From: Haloarcula sp.
GTDB taxonomy: Archaea > Halobacteriota > Halobacteria > Halobacteriales > Haloarculaceae
Direction: 5' to 3'
Length of the DNA stretch: 64,000 bases
Assembly (NCBI GenBank): GCA_042219425.1
Contig: JBDGPY010000066.1
Location: 16,629 to 80,628 of the forward strand
Shown here in pieces: positions 58,236-64,000 of the stretch. Every line of letters begins with the position of its first letter. The first letter of the stretch is position 1. The notes beneath the pieces are model-generated. The model was not told where the DNA came from. It saw only the letters and a list, made by a program, of their open reading frames with translations, and searched no databases. Position numbers and translations under genes: made by a program.

Positions 58236-59712
58236 TGTAGTCCTCCGTCGTGGTCAGCACAGTGTCGGCCGACGGCTGGCCGGCGTTCAGCAGCGCCACG
58301 TAGAGGCGCTGGCTACGCTCGTGGATCCCGGTCTCGATACCGGTGTAGATACCGACGAAGAAGACGGCGATGATGCCATGTAGTAGCGTCAGTTCGGTCG
58401 TTGCGGGGCCAACAGGCATGAGCCCCGAGACGCCTGTATAGACACCAGCGTAGATGACGATGGCCGGGAAGAAGACTACCGGGACGGCCCCGTAGCGGGC
58501 CGCCGTCGGAAGCGAGGTGTGCTGGACGGTGTTGCGCGCCGCGTGGAGCGTCGTGAACACCACGAAGAAGGTCAACAGGAGCCCGCTGTCGACATGTGTT
58601 CCCTTGCCTGTCAGCACGGTAAACACCGCGCCGCCGGCGAGTCCGGTCAGCAGTGTGACGATGCCGCCGACGATGCTCGTCGTCGTTCCTATCGTGTGTG
58701 GCGTCCCCTCACTCGGAGCAGTGTGTTCGACCTGTCCGCCAGCGCTGAGGAACTGGTAGGCCTTGTAGAAGCCGTGCAGGATGAGGTGGGTGATAGCAGC
58801 CCCAAAGAAGCCGAGGCCGGCCTGCATGATCATGAATCCCATCTGGCCGACCGTCGAACAGCCGAGTTTGCCCTTGATGTCCGTCTGGACCGATTTCAGG
58901 AGTTTCCCGCCGATGGCACTGGCACCGCCGACAGCAACGATAGCGAGCATGAGCGCAGGGTCGACGGTGATGACTGGGGCGAAGCGAGTCAACAGAATGC
59001 CGCCCGCGTTGACGAACCCGGCATGCATCAGTGCCGAAGCAGGCGTCGGTGCGGTCATCGATGAGAGGAGCCAGCCGTGGAACGGAAGCAGGGCGGACTG
59101 AATCATCGCTGCGAGCACGAGCGCGCCAGCGGCGACCAGCCACACCGGGCCACCAAGTGAGTCGGCAGCCGCCGTAATCCCGGAGACTGTGGTCGCACCG
59201 GTCGCCCACCACAGTGTCGTCAGCGCGACGCCGAGAAGCACGCTGCTGGCGATGAAGTACTTGCGGGCGACCGTGGCAGCTGCCTGCGCCTGGTCCCAAC
59301 CGCTGACGATACCGATGAGCTTCGCCATCAGCAGCCCCATCGCGAGCCACAGCGCCCCGAACAGGGCGAGGTGATCGGCCGCGACAAGACCCATCACAAC
59401 CACTGTGAAGCCGAACACGGTGGCGAAAAATGGCGTTTTGAGCTGACTACCCGCCATGTAGCGGCGCGAGTAGCTGTGAACGATACCGCTGAAGAAGGTG
59501 GCAACCACCCACATCAGGACGGTCAGCCCATCGACAGCAACAACGCCGGGTATCTCCCACGCGACTCCGGTTCGGACCCGAACGGCAAGCACAGCAATGC
59601 TCGCGGCAAACATCGACCACACGAGCCATGTGAGTGCGACGGGTACGAGCGGCGAGTCAGCCGTCGTGTCCGGGAGTGATCCAACCGACTTCGGTGAGTT
59701 GTGTCCTGACAT
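58225..59712 (-). CDS. dabB: DabB, NuoL/MrpA-like proton-conducting membrane subunit
   Basis: YSRRYM, QSALLPFHGWL, APTPASALMHAG, STVGQMGFM, HLILHGFYKA; overlaps dabA by 11 nt. Confidence 0.92.
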   Translation of the reverse strand: MSGHNSPKSVGSLPDTTADSPLVPVALTWLVWSMFAASIAVLAVRVRTGVAWEIPGVVAVDGLTVLMWVVATFFSGIVHSYSRRYMAGSQLKTPFFATVFGFTVVVMGLVAADHLALFGALWLAMGLLMAKLIGIVSGWDQAQAAATVARKYFIASSVLLGVALTTLWWATGATTVSGITAAADSLGGPVWLVAAGALVLAAMIQSALLPFHGWLLSSMTAPTPASALMHAGFVNAGGILLTRFAPVITVDPALMLAIVAVGGASAIGGKLLKSVQTDIKGKLGCSTVGQMGFMIMQAGLGFFGAAITHLILHGFYKAYQFLSAGGQVEHTAPSEGTPHTIGTTTSIVGGIVTLLTGLAGGAVFTVLTGKGTHVDSGLLLTFFVVFTTLHAARNTVQHTSLPTAARYGAVPVVFFPAIVIYAGVYTGVSGLMPVGPATTELTLLHGIIAVFFVGIYTGIETGIHERSQRLYVALLNAGQPSADTVLTTTEDYNEY

Positions 59713-60149
59713 CGTTGTTCGTGACCGATCACGGCAATCACGGAATGTGATTGACCAGTTCCGGTTGTCTTCATCCCTACTGCGAACGGACTGGTTATTA
59801 AATCCTTCTATACTACCAATTTGTTCCTAAAATAGTAGATTATAGAACATTATGTTTTTGTGGTAAGGCTCGGTCGAGAACCACTGCAAATAGTAAGCGG
59901 GTTCCTCGCGGCCTGTGCTGGCAACACCGTTCGATGACGAGTCCACTGCACACACGTACACAGATTCGACTATGGGGGACTGTGTGAGTGTTGAGATGGA
60001 GCGATATTACCAAACTGTTCGGAGAGGGTGCTGAGGAAAGCAGATCGTTGCCGGACATGAGACGGTTACTCTCATACCCTGTCTGACCGCGTCATCTCGG
60101 GCACGCAGGTGTCCAGAGCGTAACCCTGTGGTCGCGGCGGCGTCGTCAG

Positions 60150-60623
60150 CTAGCTACCGTTTTCGGAATCGAACTTACCGAAAGGCGTCGTTTCATGGCT
60201 CCGAACGAGTACTTCGTCGACCACTGTCAGGCCCATGTCGAGAAGCGCCTGCGCAACGGGCGTGATATCGCTATCCGATTCGCCGACAGCCGTCACAAGG
60301 AGGTTCTCCTCGCCGGTGACCAGTTCCTGTACCGATACTACACCGTCTATATCCAGAATTCCCGGGATTAAATCGCCTCGCTCGGGAATCGACGCAGTGC
60401 AGTAGAGCAACATCCGGAGTGGATAGCCCGCCTGCTGATAGTCGACATCAGCGCTGTAGCCTTTAATCACCTCGCTGGACTCGAGATGGTTAATGCGCTT
60501 GCGGACGGTGCTGTCGGACGTATCCGTTCTCTCTGCGATGTCCCCGGACGACATGTTTCGAGCATCCTCCTGTAATGCGTACAGGATTGCTCTATCGACG
60601 GCGTCGATTTCCTCGTCAGCCAT
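60150..60623 (-). CDS. Lrp/AsnC-family regulator
   Basis: IDAVDRAILYALQEDAR, STVRKRINHLE...IKGY. Confidence 0.9.
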   Translation of the reverse strand: MADEEIDAVDRAILYALQEDARNMSSGDIAERTDTSDSTVRKRINHLESSEVIKGYSADVDYQQAGYPLRMLLYCTASIPERGDLIPGILDIDGVVSVQELVTGEENLLVTAVGESDSDITPVAQALLDMGLTVVDEVLVRSHETTPFGKFDSENGS

Positions 60624-60846
60624 ACTAGTGTGTCCACAGCAAGGACACTTTACTGTTGTACGTTCCCCGAGACCGCTGCTGTGTCTGTCAGCGGTAGCAG
60701 CGAGGTCTCGAACGCGCCAGCCGCAGCCTGTGAATAGATGCAGCATGTCTCAGGGTGGATAACAGCGGGGAAGTTGCGCTCTCGACGAGCATACGTGACA
60801 CGAACTGCCGGAACAACCGACCCGAGTCCGTGACGGCGGCCAGTTT

Positions 60847-60896
60847 TCAGGCGCGCCTAAATTCCGAAGCAGTTATATATTTTTAGGTGGGCCTAA
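60847..60896. promoter_or_regulatory. Two DtxR/Idr-like boxes flanking a TATA box
   Basis: TCAGG-CGCG-CCTAA 60847-60860, TTATATAT 60873-60880, TTAGG-TGGG-CCTAA 60883-60896, ATG 60902. Confidence 0.7.
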
Positions 60897-60901
60897 CAAT
60901 C

Positions 60902-62152
60902 ATGTCGAGAGATGATACAAACCACAAGTCCCCGACCAGACGTGACTACATGAAGTATGGTGGCGCGGTGATAGGTGGAGGGTTGTTGGCGGGCTGTGCA
61001 GGTCAATCCGACTCTAGGTCAGCTCCGAGCGAGCGAGGCACAGGCGACGGGTCAACCTCAATGGCCGAACCAACCACGGCTGATGACGGGTACTCCGTTA
61101 CAATGTCGCCCATGGGAACCGTCGAGTTCGAATCGGTACCCCAGAGTGTGTTCACGATACTGGGTCACCACGTGGACATGCTGGTCGCACTCGGTCGAGG
61201 GGACGCGATCAACGCGATGCACGCGCCTGAATACCACCAATCGCTGTATCAGAAGTTCCTCCACCGACTGGAGGGAGTCTCAATCGACTGGGATGGCCTG
61301 TACTCTTCATGGCCACCATCAAAAGAGAAGCTGTACGAACTCGACAGCGATGTCCATATAGCTGACCCGGCAAAGGTTGCGACGGCCGAGGGATGGGACG
61401 ACAGTAGCCTCCAAGAGATACGCTCGAACGTTAGCCCGTGGTTCGGAAACACGCTCAGCGGCACTCACCAGAAACCGCCATCAGGCTGGGCCGATGCGTA
61501 CGAATACCATACGCTCTGGGAAATCTTCGGAAAGATCGCGGCGGTCTTTCGGGAAAGGGAACGATACGAGGCGTTCGTATCTGTCCGCGATTCGATGATG
61601 CAAACCATCAGCGCGGGCCTTCCGTCGGAACGTGAGCGGCCAAGCGCGGCTTTGGTCCTGTTCTCCACGTCCGACGAGAAAATCTGGGGGTATAAAATGA
61701 ACCACCCGGGCTACTACGCTGCCCACACCCGCCCGCTAGGTGCCACCGATGCGTTAGCCGACGCCGTCGGTGACGGGTACGGCGACGACGGGCGAAACAT
61801 CACGCTCGACTCCGAACTGCTTCTCGACGCCGATCCGGACGTGTTGCTTGTCCTCGGGCCGATGACAGAGTACCACAACCTCGACGACATTCGGTCACAA
61901 CTGGCAGACGACGAGGTGCTGAGAAAGATGACTGCCGTGCAAGAGGGGCGGATATACGCTCAAGGTGCCCGTCGGCAGGGTCCGATCCTGAACCTGTTCC
62001 AGACTGAAATGACCGCGAAGCAGTTGTATCCCGACCAGTTCGGCGAGTGGCCGGGATATGCTGACGGCGAGCCATATCCCAAAATCCCCGCTGAGGAACA
62101 GCTGTTTGACCGCCAGCGTGTCGCTGACATAATCACGGGTGAGGGACAGTGA
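60902..62152 (+). CDS. Fe-siderophore/B12-class ABC substrate-binding lipoprotein
   Basis: TRRDYMK Tat motif, LAGC, YSVTMSPMGTVEFESVP, DPDVL, TAVQEGR, QGPI. Confidence 0.88.
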   Translation: MSRDDTNHKSPTRRDYMKYGGAVIGGGLLAGCAGQSDSRSAPSERGTGDGSTSMAEPTTADDGYSVTMSPMGTVEFESVPQSVFTILGHHVDMLVALGRGDAINAMHAPEYHQSLYQKFLHRLEGVSIDWDGLYSSWPPSKEKLYELDSDVHIADPAKVATAEGWDDSSLQEIRSNVSPWFGNTLSGTHQKPPSGWADAYEYHTLWEIFGKIAAVFRERERYEAFVSVRDSMMQTISAGLPSERERPSAALVLFSTSDEKIWGYKMNHPGYYAAHTRPLGATDALADAVGDGYGDDGRNITLDSELLLDADPDVLLVLGPMTEYHNLDDIRSQLADDEVLRKMTAVQEGRIYAQGARRQGPILNLFQTEMTAKQLYPDQFGEWPGYADGEPYPKIPAEEQLFDRQRVADIITGEGQ

Positions 62153-63330
62153 CTGACCCCGGTAGACCGGCGCTTGAACAGCCGACACGCAGAGATTATA
62201 TCAAGGGAGCCGGGCTGATTGCGGGCAGCAGTTTGCTCGCCGGGTGTGCCGGCGATGCTGTCTCAGAATCCACCCCAACAGAGAATAGAGAGACACCCAC
62301 GGCGACCGAAACGGAGTCGTATACCGTCACTATGGAGCCGGTGGGCGAAGTTACGTTCCAGATGGTTCCCGAGCGATGGCTTCCCTACGGTGGCACCTAC
62401 GCCGATATGGGCGTGGCACTCGGGCAGGCCGATGGCCTCACAGGTATCGGCGGAGCGGACCGCTACTACACGTACGTCTACGATGAGCTTCCCGGTGTGT
62501 CCGTCGACCAGGAGACGATTGACGCGAATCCGGAGGTCCGAACGAAAGAGGAGTTTTACGAACTCGACAGCGACGTGCACCTCTATGACCCACAGATGCT
62601 CGTCAACTGGTTCGACTGGTCGCAGTCGGACGTCGACGAAATCGCCGAAAACGTCGCTCCGTTCATCGGGAATCTGATCTTCCGTCGCTCCGACGAGTGG
62701 CACGACTACCGGTACTACACCCTGTATCAAGCCTTCGAGAAGGTTGCTGAGGTCTTCCAGGAACAGGCTCGGTACGAGGCGTTCAAACAGCTACACGACG
62801 ACTACATCGCGGACCTGCAGAGTCAGCTCCCGCCAGCTGAGGAGCGTCCGAACGTCCTCCTTACGTTCGAGGGCACCGACGAACCGGAGTCGTTCTCGCC
62901 CTATCGGCTGAATGACAACGGCACGAGCAAGAAGCAGTGGCGTGATCTCGGCGTCACCGACGCGCTTGCCGGAACCGATATCGAGAATCTCAGCACAACC
63001 AATCGGGGCGAGTACGACTACGAAACGCTTCTCTCAGTCGATCCGGACGTTATCCTCGTCCGCGGCCACGAGCGAAAATCCGCGACCGAGTTCCGGGAGA
63101 CCGTCCTGCAGTTCATGCGGGACCACAGCGTCGGCAGTCAACTGACCGCGGTACAGAACGGTCGCGTGTATCGCGGTGGCTACCTCCGGCAGGGTCCGAT
63201 TCACAATTTCTTCCTGACCGAACGGGCGGCCCAACAACTCTATCCCGATATCTTTGGCGACGTGACCTCCGACACCGAACTCTTCGACCGGCAGCAAATC
63301 GCTGATATCGTCACGGGTGATTTCGAATGA
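62149..63330 (+). CDS. Fe-siderophore/B12-class ABC substrate-binding lipoprotein
   Basis: TRRDYIK, LAGC; paralogue of its neighbours; GTGA overlap. Confidence 0.88.
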   Translation: MTDPGRPALEQPTRRDYIKGAGLIAGSSLLAGCAGDAVSESTPTENRETPTATETESYTVTMEPVGEVTFQMVPERWLPYGGTYADMGVALGQADGLTGIGGADRYYTYVYDELPGVSVDQETIDANPEVRTKEEFYELDSDVHLYDPQMLVNWFDWSQSDVDEIAENVAPFIGNLIFRRSDEWHDYRYYTLYQAFEKVAEVFQEQARYEAFKQLHDDYIADLQSQLPPAEERPNVLLTFEGTDEPESFSPYRLNDNGTSKKQWRDLGVTDALAGTDIENLSTTNRGEYDYETLLSVDPDVILVRGHERKSATEFRETVLQFMRDHSVGSQLTAVQNGRVYRGGYLRQGPIHNFFLTERAAQQLYPDIFGDVTSDTELFDRQQIADIVTGDFE

Positions 63331-64000
63331 CTGATCCGGATAGAGCGACGCTCGAACGACCGACGCGGAGAGATATAGTCAAAAGTGGCGGGGCACTCGC
63401 TCTCGGTGGATTACTCGCCGGATGTTCGGGCGAAAGTAGCCAGGAGTCTTCAGTGGCCGAGACCAGCGACATGACCACAGATGCCGGGGCGAGCACTACT
63501 GAGACCGATCCAGCGACTTCCGACGGGTCGTATTCAGTGACGATGGAGCCAGTCGGTACCGTCGAATTCGAAACTGTGCCCGAGACGATTGCCCCGTTCA
63601 CCGCGGACTACATCGATATGCTGGTCGCGCTCGGTCACGGCGACGCAGTACAGTCGATCTGGTACCGTGGACGGTACAAGACGCTGCACTACGAGGAGCT
63701 TGATGGAGTGTCTATTGACCTCGACGGGCTCACACAGCTCTGGAACGACGGCGTCTCGAAGGAGCCGTTCTACGAGATGGACGCAGACCTGCACCTCATT
63801 GATCCCAACGCGCTTATCGACTGGCTCGGGGCATGGGATCAGTCTGACCTCACAGAGATTCGGGAGAACGTCGCACCGTTTCTCGGGAACCTCATCTTCC
63901 GGCAGACTGACGACTGGCACGACTACCGGTACTACAGCCTGTACGAGGCGTTCGAGAAGGTGGCTGGAATGGTTCAGGAACGGGCACGCTTCGAGGCGAT
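63327..64000 (+). CDS. Third Fe/B12-class binding lipoprotein (runs off the window end)
   Basis: ATG 63327 (ATGA overlap): MTDPDRATLERPTRRDIVKSGG...LAGC, YSVTMEPVGTVEFETVP; open to the end. Confidence 0.85.
   Translation, partial: MTDPDRATLERPTRRDIVKSGGALALGGLLAGCSGESSQESSVAETSDMTTDAGASTTETDPATSDGSYSVTMEPVGTVEFETVPETIAPFTADYIDMLVALGHGDAVQSIWYRGRYKTLHYEELDGVSIDLDGLTQLWNDGVSKEPFYEMDADLHLIDPNALIDWLGAWDQSDLTEIRENVAPFLGNLIFRQTDDWHDYRYYSLYEAFEKVAGMVQERARFEA

Noticed and set aside
59523-59774. 83-aa ORF starting below the dabB TATA box
   Set aside because: Runs out of frame about 190 nt into dabB rather than ending at its start; no coding signature.
1-64000. tRNA, rRNA, CRISPR array, integrase, transposase or defence genes
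   Set aside because: None recognised by eye; a covariance-model search was not possible.

Overview
GC-rich DNA encoding acidic proteins, many apparently leaderless with a TATA-like box about 27 nt upstream of the start: a haloarchaeon (Haloarcula-like; genus and replicon are inference). Blocks in order: (1) 3' end of a fructose-type PTS operon (ptsH-ptsI-EIIB, 6-2396). (2) A ~31 kb surface-polysaccharide cluster (2426-33674) with six glycosyltransferases, a Wzx flippase, wecB/wecC, a pyruvyltransferase, a toroid-formyltransferase fusion, a heparinase II/III-like protein, two alkaline-phosphatase-superfamily enzymes, two beta-helix paralogues, DUF1616 plus a GT-C-like membrane protein, an epimerase and an FG-GAP protein. 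(3) Glycerate kinase, a LarA-like protein and lutCB. (4) An IclR-associated polyol/sugar catabolic cluster with a CUT1 ABC transporter (41818-54084). (5) An LLM oxidoreductase, a dabBA inorganic-carbon pump and an Lrp regulator. (6) Three tandem Tat-lipoprotein Fe/B12-class binding proteins behind DtxR-like boxes. The most unusual signal is below the ORF-track size cut-off: many glycan-cluster genes are preceded by 13-57 codon micro-ORFs. These start at the leaderless position of a non-canonical WATAACAA-type box, or right after the upstream stop, and end on or next to the start of the enzyme gene. All family calls come from motifs read by eye; no database search was run.
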